Origin: an uncultured Lachnospiraceae bacterium
Lineage (GTDB): Bacteria > Bacillota > Clostridia > Lachnospirales > Lachnospiraceae
DNA: 64,000 nt
Direction of reading: 5' to 3'
Assembly: GCA_944383325.1 (NCBI GenBank)
Contig: CALWPC010000050.1
Span: 60,235 to 124,234, forward strand
In this document: positions 1 through 9,431 of the stretch, one piece after another
Layout: every line of letters starts with the position of its first letter
How positions within the stretch are numbered: the first letter of the stretch is position 1
Translations under genes and position numbers: made by a program
Notes under the pieces: generated by a model
Seen by the model: only the letters and a program-made list of their open reading frames with translations
What the model was told of the DNA's origin: nothing
Database searches by the model: none

Positions 1-2
1 TA

Positions 3-872
3 GAGGGCTTTATCCAATACTTACATGATGAAAAACAGTCGTCTGCCAATACAGTGTACTCCTATCGGAGAGATTTATGCAAAATGCAGTCCTGGTTTTC
101 GGAGAATGGAATTGACGATCTGTGCGCGGTGTCGGAACAGAATTTAGCTTCCTATGTCGTGGCACTGGAGGACGATGGCTTTGCGAAATCCACAATTTCT
201 AGAAGCATCGCCGCGATCAAGTCATTTTACGGTTATTTGTTTCGGGAGGGTCGCATCCGCAGGGACGTGACGTCGATGCTTCATTCGCCGAAGGTGGAGA
301 AGAAGCTTCCCGGCGTATTGTCTGTGCAGGAAGTGGATTGTCTGTTGGGACAGCCGTTCGGCAGCAAGCCAAAAGAAATTCGGGACAAGGCGATGTTGGA
401 ACTGTTGTACGCGACAGGAATTCGTGTGAGCGAACTGATTCATTTGCAGCTTTCCGATGTCAATATGGAAATGTGTTACATTGTGTGTAAACTTTCGGAC
501 AGGGTGCGAAAGATTCCTTTTGGTTCTGAGGCGGAGAGGGCGTTAGCTCGTTATCTGGCGGACGCCAGACCGTTTTTGGCAAAAGATCCGGGGTGTTCCG
601 TCTTATTTACAAACTGTTCCGGATCCCCGATGAGCCGCCAGGGGTTTTGGAAACTGATCAAATACTATGCAAACCGGGCGGGTATTGTATCAGATATTAC
701 TCCGCAGACACTAAGGCATTCGTTTGCCGCTCATCTGGTTGCCAACGGGGCGGATCTGCATGCTGTTCAGGAAATGTTGGGTCATTCCGATATTTCCACG
801 ACGCAGATTTATGCCAATCTAAACAATAACCGAATCAGGCAGGTATACATACAGGCGCATCCCCGCGGATAA
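3..872 (+). CDS. xerD: Tyrosine recombinase XerD-like (5' end cut by window edge)
   Basis: Frame 3 is open from base 3 (EGFIQYLHDEKQSSANTVYSYRRDL, SAM-like N-domain), so the GTG at 54 in the ORF track is not the true start. Catalytic motifs: ATGIRVSEL (Arg), LRHSFAAHL (H-x-x-R), LGHSDISTTQIY (His..Tyr). Confidence 0.85.
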   Translation, partial: EGFIQYLHDEKQSSANTVYSYRRDLCKMQSWFSENGIDDLCAVSEQNLASYVVALEDDGFAKSTISRSIAAIKSFYGYLFREGRIRRDVTSMLHSPKVEKKLPGVLSVQEVDCLLGQPFGSKPKEIRDKAMLELLYATGIRVSELIHLQLSDVNMEMCYIVCKLSDRVRKIPFGSEAERALARYLADARPFLAKDPGCSVLFTNCSGSPMSRQGFWKLIKYYANRAGIVSDITPQTLRHSFAAHLVANGADLHAVQEMLGHSDISTTQIYANLNNNRIRQVYIQAHPRG

Positions 873-887
873 GCGGGGATGCAAAAA

Positions 888-919
888 ACGGAGGGGAACT
901 TGCGTTCTCCTCCGTTTTT
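888..919 (+). terminator. Rho-independent terminator after xerD
   Basis: ACGGAGGGGAAC / GTTCTCCTCCGT 12-bp stem (one G-T wobble) followed by TTTTT. An A-run precedes it, so it could work in both directions. Confidence 0.75.
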
Positions 920-957
920 ATTAGGCTGTTCACAATCATTAGCCTTGCAGACTTTCA

Positions 958-1842
958 TCAGTCAATTTCTTTCTGAAAATGCTGATAATCCTTTACTGAT
1001 TCCCAGTGACCTCCCCATGTAAAGCCATGCTGTGTAAACAACTGATAAGCAAGGTCGTCTTCGTCGATTTTATATGCAAACTCTGCGGTGCGGTCGGCAT
1101 AGGCAGCTGCCTCGGCAGGTACGACAATCTGCTCGCCGGTCGTTTCATCAACGGCCACGTACGGATTGTACAGCGGGTTTAAGTCCACGCAGATGCCCCA
1201 GCTGTGATCAGAAATATAAGTCGTTGATCCGGTTGTCAGCCGGAAATTGAACGCAGAAGTATTATTGGCTGCCATAGAGGCGTCGTCGTCTGCATTAAAG
1301 TCGTCGATCAGCCGGATGCTTTCGATCGGATAGCGCGCCTGATACAGTTCGTAAAAAATTTCCACCAGATCCTGGGCAATGGCTGCGTTACAGATTAATT
1401 CGCCTTCACAGTCCACATTTTCAAAATTGACATATAAAACGCGTACATAGCACAGAGCATCATATGATATTTTTGTATTTACGGATTCGTTAAAAGAGAG
1501 ATCACGGATTCGCTCCATAAGCTCCGGTTGGTCCGATACACGTTCATAGTAGAAATCTTCCGCATACGTATAGCGGTTTGGGGATTCGGGATAGTATGGC
1601 GGCGTGTGCACGGAAGTCTGTGCGTTCTTCGCGGGTTCCTCCGTCGGTTCGGATGTTTGCCCCGGCTGAGGCGACGGTACTGTTGTTTCAGAAGGCGCTG
1701 CGGTTTCCAGTGAATCATTCAGGGAAGACAGATTCCGAAACGGCAGATATTCCGAAAAAGCAGCGATTAAAAAAAGACTGAGTACCAATATCATAATCAG
1801 AATTAAAATTGTGGTCAATAAACGGGCTGTTTTTCGGTTCAT
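958..1842 (-). CDS. M15 family metallopeptidase (VanY-like D-Ala-D-Ala carboxypeptidase), membrane anchored
   Basis: N-terminal TM helix (LLTTILILIMILVLSLFLIAAF) and a Pro/Thr/Glu linker. C-terminal motifs HSWGICVDLN and GFTWGGHW..DYQHFQ are typical of peptidase M15. RBS GGAGGA lies 7 nt upstream of the ATG. Confidence 0.75.
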   Translation of the reverse strand: MNRKTARLLTTILILIMILVLSLFLIAAFSEYLPFRNLSSLNDSLETAAPSETTVPSPQPGQTSEPTEEPAKNAQTSVHTPPYYPESPNRYTYAEDFYYERVSDQPELMERIRDLSFNESVNTKISYDALCYVRVLYVNFENVDCEGELICNAAIAQDLVEIFYELYQARYPIESIRLIDDFNADDDASMAANNTSAFNFRLTTGSTTYISDHSWGICVDLNPLYNPYVAVDETTGEQIVVPAEAAAYADRTAEFAYKIDEDDLAYQLFTQHGFTWGGHWESVKDYQHFQKEID

Positions 1843-2648
1843 GTTGTTTTATCCTCCATAAATCTATTTAAAATTTCAGCAAAGCCGTCATGGTTGCAGT
1901 CCGCATTGGTAATATAGTCGGCGGCTGCCTTGACCTGGGGAGAGGCGTTTGCCATCGCGACGCCGATGCCGGCAGCCTGGATCATTGAAATATCATTTTC
2001 CGCGTCGCCTGCCGCTATCGCGTCGGTGATCGGAATATGTAAGTGATTGCACAGTGTCCGCACAGCATTGCCCTTGCTGATGCCGAGCGGGCAATACTCG
2101 AGCATAAAACTGCAGGAAAAAATACTGCTGCATCGCCCCTGTTCCCATTCGCGGTGCGCAGCCTGAAAATCCCGCAGCCGTTTTTCACTGCTTCGGTCAA
2201 TGAGTATTACCTTCCACGGGTCATAGGAAAGATACTTTGCAATATCGGGAACGATGACTGCGGGTACCGAAATGGCCTGTTCGTAATAAGCAAGCTCCGG
2301 GGTGGCATGTTCGCAGAGCACGTTGGTCTTTGAATAACTGTGTGCGTGTATTCCCCAGGCATCCGCTTCGTCGAGAAGATAACGGACAAAGTCACGGCTA
2401 AGGCCTGTCTCGAATAGAATGGATGCAGTGTGACAGTCGTACAGCAGCGCCCCGTTGCTTGCGATGAGATAACAGCCCGGGCCGGTGAGATGAAGCTCTC
2501 TTGCCAGTTGAATGGCACTGGGAAGCGGGCGCCCCGTTGTGATTACGATCTGCCGTCCGCCTGCAAGCCACGTTTCAATCGCCTGTCTGTTTTTCGGAGT
2601 CACCTGCTTCGCGTCATTCAGCAATGTGCCGTCGAGATCGGTAAACAT
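1839..2648 (-). CDS. Cof-type HAD-IIB hydrolase
   Basis: Motif I FTDLDGTLL, motif IV AAGDAENDISM, and Cof-like cap. The ORF track start at 2738 has no RBS. The ATG at 2648 (MFTDLDGTL) gives the usual ~269 aa and follows GGGTGAG. The stop overlaps the M15 start (ATGA), suggesting an operon. Confidence 0.8.
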   Translation of the reverse strand: MFTDLDGTLLNDAKQVTPKNRQAIETWLAGGRQIVITTGRPLPSAIQLARELHLTGPGCYLIASNGALLYDCHTASILFETGLSRDFVRYLLDEADAWGIHAHSYSKTNVLCEHATPELAYYEQAISVPAVIVPDIAKYLSYDPWKVILIDRSSEKRLRDFQAAHREWEQGRCSSIFSCSFMLEYCPLGISKGNAVRTLCNHLHIPITDAIAAGDAENDISMIQAAGIGVAMANASPQVKAAADYITNADCNHDGFAEILNRFMEDKTT

Positions 2649-2864
2649 TATTTGGCTCACCCTGTATTCCTCCAATCTTTCAGTGATCAATGGATCTGGT
2701 TGGATGTACGTCAGATCTTTATCAGTATACCATAGCAAATGAAATTTGAAAATAATGTAAATTTTCTCAAAAAGTCTTTACAGTCAAATCTGATGTGTGA
2801 TAATATTATACATAGTATTTTAAACTATATATTATGGTTTTGTGGAAATGAGGTTGGAATTGCT

Positions 2865-3701
2865 ATGGATTATAAAATCATTGTAGACAGCTGCGGAGAA
2901 TTCACAGAGCAGATGAAGCAAAATCCCTGCTTTGAAAGTGTTGCGCTGACATTGGAGGTCGGCGGCGTTTCCGTTGTGGATGATCAGACGTTTGACCAGG
3001 CGGCTTTTCTTCGTATGGTGAGAGAGTGTCCTGATTGCCCGAAATCTTCCTGTCCGTCGCCGGATGCTTATGTGCAGTCTTATACATCGGAGGCAAAGCG
3101 TATCTATGTGGTGACGCTGTCTGCGGAGCTTAGCGGATCATACAATAGTGCGGTGCTCGCAAAGAATTTGTATCTGGAAGAGCATCAGGGACAGCAGATC
3201 CATGTATTTAATTCCTGTTCGGCATCCGTCGGCGAGACCAATATTGCACTTAAAATTCAAGAGTGCGAGGAACAGGGGATGGATTTTGAACAGGTTGTCC
3301 GTACTGTTGAGGATTATATTGAACATAAGCGCACGTATTTTGTACTTGAGACACTGGAGACGCTGCGAAAGAACGGCCGTCTGACCGGCATCAAGGCGGT
3401 AGTGGCCAGTGTATTGAATATTAAGCCGGTGATGGGAGCCGATCGCGGAACGATTATTCAGCTTGATCAGGCGCGGGGAATGAATAAGGCTCTGGCGAAG
3501 ATGGCAGATTATATTATCAGAGAAGTAAAAGAGCCGGAAAAGAAGCGCCTGGCGATTTCGCACTGTAATTGTCCGGAGAGAGCAAAACAGATCCGGGAAG
3601 ATCTATTGAAAAGAGCAAAATTTCGTGATATAATTATTCTAAATACAGCGGGCGTCAGCACCATGTACGCAAACGACGGCGGAGTGATTGTCTCCGTATA
3701 G
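2865..3701 (+). CDS. DegV family fatty-acid-binding protein
   Basis: MDYKIIVDSCGEF... and typical DegV length (278 aa) from the ATG at 2865, which is preceded by GAGGT. The 42 codons upstream in the ORF track are AT-rich promoter DNA. Confidence 0.8.
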   Translation: MDYKIIVDSCGEFTEQMKQNPCFESVALTLEVGGVSVVDDQTFDQAAFLRMVRECPDCPKSSCPSPDAYVQSYTSEAKRIYVVTLSAELSGSYNSAVLAKNLYLEEHQGQQIHVFNSCSASVGETNIALKIQECEEQGMDFEQVVRTVEDYIEHKRTYFVLETLETLRKNGRLTGIKAVVASVLNIKPVMGADRGTIIQLDQARGMNKALAKMADYIIREVKEPEKKRLAISHCNCPERAKQIREDLLKRAKFRDIIILNTAGVSTMYANDGGVIVSV

Positions 3702-3754
3702 CCGATCAATGGCGTTGATGTGCAGCGCTGCGCAGGAATAGGAGATTATGTACG

Positions 3755-4009
3755 ATGAGCATCGAAAAGGTGAATCAATACAAGCAGAGCAAAAAAACCC
3801 GGAAAGATGAAATCAAACGCGAAAAGAGACAGCGTATCATTGCGAGAGTGTTGGTCAGCGTAGTCTGCGTTGCGTTGGTAGGATGGATCGGTTGGTCGGT
3901 ATACAGCAGCATCAGCGCGGGCAAGGAAGGAACCGATGCACAAAATGTCAATCTCACTCCTCTTGAAGATTATCTGGGCGGCCTGGAGACGGTAACGGCG
4001 GCTCCCTGA
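3755..4009 (+). CDS. Hypothetical small single-pass membrane protein
   Basis: Lys/Arg-rich N-terminus followed by one TM helix (IIARVLVSVVCVALVGWIGW). AGGAG lies 11 nt upstream. No recognisable family. Confidence 0.45.
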   Translation: MSIEKVNQYKQSKKTRKDEIKREKRQRIIARVLVSVVCVALVGWIGWSVYSSISAGKEGTDAQNVNLTPLEDYLGGLETVTAAP

Positions 4010-4033
4010 TGGGGTTACAGCGGCGGAAAAGAG

Positions 4034-4435
4034 GTGAGCATATTGGATGTACATGACATGCAGGGCGGGGAGTTTGGTACCCGGAATGAAAAAATGCGTA
4101 TCGTTCAGGAGTTGGTTCCTGGCAAGCAGGTGACAATGGCGCATGTGATCGCAAGTCCTGATCCGATTATTTATAAAAAGCTCGGATTGGATCTGACGAT
4201 CGACTACCACCGGGCGGCGATTGGAATATTGACGATGAGCCCGAGCGAGGTGGCGGTGATTGCAGGAGACATTGCGATTAAGACATCCAATGTAGAGTTG
4301 GGATTTATTGACCGGTTCAGCGGTACCGTGATTATTACCGGGCGCATCGCCGAGGTGACGGCAGCGCTTCAGGCAATTTTAAATTATACGCGGGAGCATT
4401 TGGGCTTTACGGTCTGTGAGATCACAAGAACATAA
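4034..4435 (+). CDS. EutS/PduU-type (circularly permuted) bacterial microcompartment shell protein
   Basis: RIVQELVPGKQVTMAHVIASP...AIGILTMSPSEVAVIAGDIAIKTSNVELGFIDRFSGTVIITG...CEITRT aligns along its length with my recollection of EutS/PduU. The start is uncertain (GTG 4034 or ATG 4094). Confidence 0.8.
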   Translation: MSILDVHDMQGGEFGTRNEKMRIVQELVPGKQVTMAHVIASPDPIIYKKLGLDLTIDYHRAAIGILTMSPSEVAVIAGDIAIKTSNVELGFIDRFSGTVIITGRIAEVTAALQAILNYTREHLGFTVCEITRT

Positions 4436-4661
4436 TATATATTCTGTGCGGTTTGCGGCAGGTATGGACGTGTCCGGCTTTCTTTTAACAGGAGGGCGGG
4501 CGCGTTTTTTATTCGACAGGATACATTTGTGTGCCGTAAACGTGGCGTCACAATCATTTCACATTTGCAGCAAGGTTAAGGAATTGCTTTTTTGGGGAAA
4601 ATCCTGTACAATAAACTACAACTAGGCAAAAGCAACGATAAAGGCAAAAGGGGAGAGACTT

Positions 4662-5927
4662 GTGAGCATTGTTCATCGGTTTTTCAGAAAATGCGCCCAA
4701 TGGCGGAGAAGTCTGCCGGATGGATTTGTTCGTTTTTCCGACGGCATCAGCGGTCTCGGCCCCCGGAATCTGACTGCGGTAGGCATTATGGTAATCGGGT
4801 TCGGGGTTATTTTATATGCGGTGTTAATTCCGTTTTATAATGATTACCAGAATCGCAAGATGCTCGAGAAATTTCAGCTAGCACTTCAGGCGACACTGGG
4901 CGATTCGACAGGTGATGGAGATCTGTTGGACGGAGACAATTATAAAGGAAGCGGAATGACGGAGGCGGAATATAATGAGCTTTCGCCCGAGGAACAGGCC
5001 AAAATTGACGCGCAGTTGAAAAAGGAGCGGGAAATCCTTGCGACAATCGGAAGTCAGCAGATTATCGGAGTGCTCAAGATCGATGCGCTTGGTCTGGAGC
5101 ATGCCATTGTGGAAGGGACAGATTCGGTAAATATACGTGTGGCCGTCGGACATATCTCTGAATCGGATGAGATTGGAAGCTCGGGCAACTGCGCCATCGC
5201 AGGTCATCGCGGCGGTTACTACGGAGAGTTTTTTAAAAATATTGATCAGCTCAAAGAAGGGGATTTGATCGAAGTCACAGATTTGACCGGAACGGTGTAT
5301 ACATATTCGGTGTACAAGTCGGAAGTGGTCAAGCCGAGAGACTGGACGATTATTGAACCCGTAGAAGGACAGCGGACGCTGACGCTGCTTTCCTGTGAGG
5401 AAAACGGGACAATGCGCATTGCGGTGTGGGCGCGTATGATCGAAACGGTAGTCGACGATTCCGGTAATGAACAGGTACAGCTTGTGACGCCGGAGCCGAC
5501 CGAGGAACCGACGCCGACACCGGAGCCGACGCCGACACCGGAACCGACTGAGGAACCGACACCGGAGCCGACGCCGACGATTTCTCCTGTGAGAACCGTG
5601 GAAATTCGCAATATTTACGATCAGGTAGTTTATTCCGGCACGACAAATGAAAACGGAGAGTGGAGCGCGTCTCTGCCAAATGGCACTTATACGGTCATTT
5701 TGACGGACTCTGAGGGGAATCAGGAGTTTCAGACACTGACGGTCGGCGACGGAGTGACGAGCAGAGTGTGCGAGATTATTGTATCCGATGTGACGGGGCG
5801 CACAGTGTACGCCGGCAAGACCGATGAGAACGGAAACTGGTCGGTGGACTTGCCGCCCGGCTATTATATTATTACAATTACGGATGTGTTTGGAAATCAG
5901 ACGAGAGAAGAGCATATTGTGCAATAA
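4662..5927 (+). CDS. Sortase (non-class-C) with Pro-Thr linker and two C-terminal beta-sandwich repeats
   Basis: N-terminal TM. Sortase core motifs AIAGHRG, LTLLSC (catalytic Cys) and RIAVWARM (Arg). Then a PEPTEEPTPTPEPTPTPEPTEEPTPEPTPT linker and two ~50-aa repeats (G.T.ENG.WS..LP.G.Y..) resembling carboxypeptidase-regulatory/SdrD-B-like folds. RBS AAAGGGGAG precedes the GTG. Confidence 0.8.
   Translation: MSIVHRFFRKCAQWRRSLPDGFVRFSDGISGLGPRNLTAVGIMVIGFGVILYAVLIPFYNDYQNRKMLEKFQLALQATLGDSTGDGDLLDGDNYKGSGMTEAEYNELSPEEQAKIDAQLKKEREILATIGSQQIIGVLKIDALGLEHAIVEGTDSVNIRVAVGHISESDEIGSSGNCAIAGHRGGYYGEFFKNIDQLKEGDLIEVTDLTGTVYTYSVYKSEVVKPRDWTIIEPVEGQRTLTLLSCEENGTMRIAVWARMIETVVDDSGNEQVQLVTPEPTEEPTPTPEPTPTPEPTEEPTPEPTPTISPVRTVEIRNIYDQVVYSGTTNENGEWSASLPNGTYTVILTDSEGNQEFQTLTVGDGVTSRVCEIIVSDVTGRTVYAGKTDENGNWSVDLPPGYYIITITDVFGNQTREEHIVQ
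5490..5579 (+). repeat. Tandem CCGGAGCCGAC(G/C)-type coding repeat (Pro-Thr-Glu linker)
   Basis: Near-identical 18-24 nt units are visible in the DNA. They encode the PEPT-rich linker of the sortase. Confidence 0.8.
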
Positions 5928-6084
5928 AAAATATTACAATTTCGTAAATTTTTTTGTGAAATGTACCCAGAAAATACTTGCAATCACAGCGGGGGCATGC
6001 TATGATACAGTTGATACGATGAAATGGTTATAGGGATATAACCGAGCGTTCAAAATGACAATATCAAAGGGAAAAGGAGTTTTG

Positions 6085-7392
6085 ATGGCGATGAAAATGA
6101 TGAAGAAAGTGTTGTCGGCAGTAGCTGCTGCTGCTCTCGTAGTTGCGTCAGTTCCGGCGATCCCGACACAAGCCGCCAATGAGATCGTGAAGTATGATTT
6201 CGAGAGCGGACTGGGCGGCATGACCTCCACCGGTTTTGGTACGGATCCGACGATCGTGCAGGATGCAACGATGGGCAATGTGCTTCAGTTTGCGGATGGG
6301 GGCTCATCAAGTTACATAACAGGGCAGGAGGACAGCTCGCTTGCAAACGACAACGGAAAGGCCAACACGCGTATTGAGAACGGTACGCCGAGCAGCTTGC
6401 AGTTTGCAAATCCGTTTTGCGGAAAGTCGCTCACTGGGATGTCCATCTCGATGTGGGTAAAGGTTCCGTCGGGAGCCGGCTCACAGGCACCGGGTCTGCT
6501 TGGCTTTGTGTCCAACGATGTGACAAGGGAACATCCGGACAAAGTGGATTCCAGTGTTGAGGGAGATAAGTCCAATCTGGAATCATCTACTGGTAAATAT
6601 GCGTTTGGTATTACCGGATCCAGTGTGACCGGAGCAGCAATTGACGTTCTTCCGATGCTTTATCTGGCAGGTCTGCATCATAACTGGTATATGTATGTTG
6701 ACGAGCAGTCGACGTTCAACACCCAGGCAGATCAGTGGGTATTTATGGTAGTTTCCATTTCAAATGGCATTGAGGAAACAAAGGTATACGTAAACGGCGA
6801 GGATATTGACGGTGTTCCGAGCGCCGGTAAGCGTTATAACAAGGGTGAAGATGTAGGCGGAACAGCCGGAAACACAACCGAGCCGACGCTGACGGAGATT
6901 CTTACAATGGCGGATATGCCGACAGCATATGTTGGTTTCACCGGCTTCAGCCCGACAGTGTCAGGTGTTTGCATCGATGATCTGACATTCTATGATGCAG
7001 CAGTGAGCGGTGCAGAGGCAATGAATCTGTACACAACCGCACAGGCGGCAGTTGCAGGCAAGACCGCTTCAGGCGGTTCCGGCACAACGACGACAGCGGG
7101 CGGTACAAACGCGACAGCAGGTACAACCACTGGCGGCAGTACAGATGCGAACGGCACTGGTACGGCATCAACTTCTGGTGGCGGTAGCACGTCTAACGGA
7201 TCAGGTAGTGGAAGCAGTACGACATCCGGTGGAACGACATCAACAGGCAGCACATCAACTTCCAGTACAAATAATACCAACCTTCCGCAGACCGGTGTTG
7301 TAGAGACGAGTGTTCTGGTAGCTTGTGGTGTGGCGGCAGTTGCAGGCGGTGCATTCCTGTTTAAGAAAAAAGATGCAAAAGAAGAAAATTAA
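6085..7392 (+). CDS. LPXTG-anchored surface protein with LamG/concanavalin-like domain
   Basis: Signal peptide MAMKMMKKVLSAVAAAALVVASVPAIPTQA after RBS AAAGGAG. LamG-like tail (QWVFMVVSIS...KVYVNGEDI, GVCIDDLTFYDAAVSGAEAMNLY). Gly/Ser/Thr-rich stalk. Sorting signal LPQTG, hydrophobic helix and KKKD tail. Confidence 0.8.
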   Translation: MAMKMMKKVLSAVAAAALVVASVPAIPTQAANEIVKYDFESGLGGMTSTGFGTDPTIVQDATMGNVLQFADGGSSSYITGQEDSSLANDNGKANTRIENGTPSSLQFANPFCGKSLTGMSISMWVKVPSGAGSQAPGLLGFVSNDVTREHPDKVDSSVEGDKSNLESSTGKYAFGITGSSVTGAAIDVLPMLYLAGLHHNWYMYVDEQSTFNTQADQWVFMVVSISNGIEETKVYVNGEDIDGVPSAGKRYNKGEDVGGTAGNTTEPTLTEILTMADMPTAYVGFTGFSPTVSGVCIDDLTFYDAAVSGAEAMNLYTTAQAAVAGKTASGGSGTTTTAGGTNATAGTTTGGSTDANGTGTASTSGGGSTSNGSGSGSSTTSGGTTSTGSTSTSSTNNTNLPQTGVVETSVLVACGVAAVAGGAFLFKKKDAKEEN

Positions 7393-7411
7393 ATTCAGCT
7401 GATTTTTCAGT

Positions 7412-7446
7412 GGAGGGATTGCGGATAATGCGATCCCTCCTTTTTT
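7412..7446 (+). terminator. Rho-independent terminator after the LamG protein gene
   Basis: GGAGGGATTGC...GCGATCCCTCC stem followed by TTTTTT. Confidence 0.8.
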
Positions 7447-7457
7447 AGGATGGTGTA

Positions 7458-8327
7458 GTGATGAAAAGACTGTTTTTGTGTGTATGTGCCGCGGTTCTGT
7501 TGACAGGCTGCGCACTGTTTCCGAAAGAAGAAGAGCTGACAACGACTCCGATCATTGAGGCCTATCAGCAGGAAGAATTTAAAATGGCTGAAGTCCAGAG
7601 AGGAGAGTTAAAGCACTATGAGACGATTGATGTAGTCACGCAGATGATCAATGAGACGCAGCTATCCTTTCCGTTTGATGATATGAGTTATGAAGGGTTT
7701 TATGTTCGTACCGGTGACCCTATATCCGAGGGACAGGTATTGGCAAAGCTGAGCGCGAGCGGAAAAGAACAGCTCGTCGGCGATTCTTCGGAGCTGACGC
7801 TGACGGCGCCGTATGATGGAATTGTCGTCTATGCGCGGGATATTGAGGAGGGCGAAAAGTCGGTCAGCGGACAGGTGGTTCTGATTTTAAATCAGAGCGA
7901 TACGTTCATTCTCAGCGCCTTTACACCGTACTGGGATCGATTTGAAATTGGTCAGAATTATTTGCTTCACTATGCAGGCGAGGATTATCAGATGACTGCG
8001 GTAGATGCGGAGACAATCGGGATTACGCCCGCAGCCCGCCCGGAGGGTGAAGACGAGCCGTCCAGGGTATATTTTACGGTTCAGGCTCCCGGCTTGCTGC
8101 TGCAGTCTGGGCAGCAGGGTGAAGTGACAATTTTGCTGGAGCAGAAAGAGGACGTACTCTACATTCCTGCATCGGCGATTACGGTAGTGAATGATGAAGA
8201 AATTGTTTATGTGGAAAATGCGGACGGCATTCGAAGTACGCAGAAGGTGACAACCGGCATGCGCGCAAATGAATATGTGGAAATTGTTGACGGGCTGTCG
8301 GAAGGCGACAAGGTGATTTTGGAGTAA
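7458..8327 (+). CDS. HlyD/MacA-type efflux adaptor lipoprotein 1 (short, no long coiled coil)
   Basis: Lipobox LLTGC. Lipoyl-like hairpin halves (GDPISEGQVLAKL ... LTAPYDGIV) and a beta-barrel C-terminus ending DGLSEGDKVILE, typical of membrane fusion proteins. Confidence 0.7.
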   Translation: MMKRLFLCVCAAVLLTGCALFPKEEELTTTPIIEAYQQEEFKMAEVQRGELKHYETIDVVTQMINETQLSFPFDDMSYEGFYVRTGDPISEGQVLAKLSASGKEQLVGDSSELTLTAPYDGIVVYARDIEEGEKSVSGQVVLILNQSDTFILSAFTPYWDRFEIGQNYLLHYAGEDYQMTAVDAETIGITPAARPEGEDEPSRVYFTVQAPGLLLQSGQQGEVTILLEQKEDVLYIPASAITVVNDEEIVYVENADGIRSTQKVTTGMRANEYVEIVDGLSEGDKVILE

Positions 8328-8342
8328 AAGGGCGGATGAACG

Positions 8343-9431
8343 ATGAAGAATAAGAATTTTCAGAAATGGACTGCGCATCTCCTTGCAGTGATCCTTGCGG
8401 TCGCACTGCCGGGCTGTGGTTCGGATGTCCCGAAGCTTTTGGAGCCGATCGGTTCGGATGAAAATGTAGTGGAGGCAGTCCGCGGTGAAATGTATAATAT
8501 GACGGCAACACAGACCAGTGTGGTGCCTCAGATGCAGTATGTCCGTATGGGCAGCGGACAGGGACTTGTAAAAGATATACCGGTATCGTTGGGTGATCAG
8601 GTTCAAACCGGAGATGTCTTAGTAGAGTTGGATGGCAGCGGGTTGGAAAGTCAGGTTGCGCAGATTGACGAGGAAATTGAGGAGATGACGAAGGCGAATG
8701 AGTACCTCAATGCTCTGGCGGAGACACAGATTCAGGTTGCTCAGCTGGAACTTGAAAAGCTGCGCGCCGAAGGCGCTTCACAGGAGGCAATAGATGCAAA
8801 ATCGGCAGAGGTCACTACGCGCCAGGACAGGCTGTCGTCAGATCGGGTAGAACAGGAAAAGGAACTTGCAGAGCTTCAGCTGCAAAAAATGGAAGGCGGC
8901 TACAGCGGGACGCCGCTTACCTCGCCATGCAACGGTACTGTCGCAGCTCTTCGGGCGGGTTCTATCGGAGATACGATTGAGAGCGGCGCCGCGGTCGCGG
9001 CGATTGCGGTCGAAGGATCAAAGCAGCTGCGCGGAGAATATGTGGCGGAGGAAGTGTTAAATAGCGCGCATGAAGTATATGCCATCATCGGCGGAGAGCG
9101 CTATGAGATTACGCCGTCGCCGTATTCTCAGAATGAGCTGTCGATGCTGACTATGTTTGAGTCCACACTGTACGGCTCCTATTATCTCAATGATGCGGAT
9201 GACGTAGAATACGGCGAAATGGCCTCCGTGGTCGTTGTCACAGATTATCGCGAAGATGTATTATATATTCCTGATAACGCGCTATACAGCGATGTGGATT
9301 CTTACTATGTTTATGTACAGACCGATGACGGAGAGCGGGAACGGCATGACGTAGAGATTGGATTTCAGTGGAATAATGCAGTTGAAATTTTGAGCGGCAT
9401 TGAGGAAGGAGCGGTGTTATATGCGAAATAA
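8343..9431 (+). CDS. HlyD/MacA-type efflux adaptor lipoprotein 2 (with coiled-coil hairpin)
   Basis: Lipobox ALPGC. GDQVQTGDVLVELD ... long heptad-like segment (QIDEEIEEMTKANEYLNALAETQIQVAQLELEKLRAEG...) ... LTSPCNGTV ... SGIEEGAVLY. Confidence 0.75.
   Translation: MKNKNFQKWTAHLLAVILAVALPGCGSDVPKLLEPIGSDENVVEAVRGEMYNMTATQTSVVPQMQYVRMGSGQGLVKDIPVSLGDQVQTGDVLVELDGSGLESQVAQIDEEIEEMTKANEYLNALAETQIQVAQLELEKLRAEGASQEAIDAKSAEVTTRQDRLSSDRVEQEKELAELQLQKMEGGYSGTPLTSPCNGTVAALRAGSIGDTIESGAAVAAIAVEGSKQLRGEYVAEEVLNSAHEVYAIIGGERYEITPSPYSQNELSMLTMFESTLYGSYYLNDADDVEYGEMASVVVVTDYREDVLYIPDNALYSDVDSYYVYVQTDDGERERHDVEIGFQWNNAVEILSGIEEGAVLYAK

Noticed and set aside
2739-2864. 42-codon N-terminal extension of the DegV ORF (and similar extensions at 33427-33537 for ppdK, 21500-21547 for mutS, 31958-31987 for glyQS, 39214-39267 for the nitroreductase)
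   Set aside because: The extensions are AT-rich or lack an RBS. Internal ATGs with good Shine-Dalgarno sequences give canonical N-termini and family-typical lengths.
4878-5924. 348-aa minus-strand ORF
   Set aside because: It lies antisense to the well-supported sortase gene. It is Arg-rich and low complexity (the mirror image of the Pro-Thr repeat), with no RBS or recognisable motifs.
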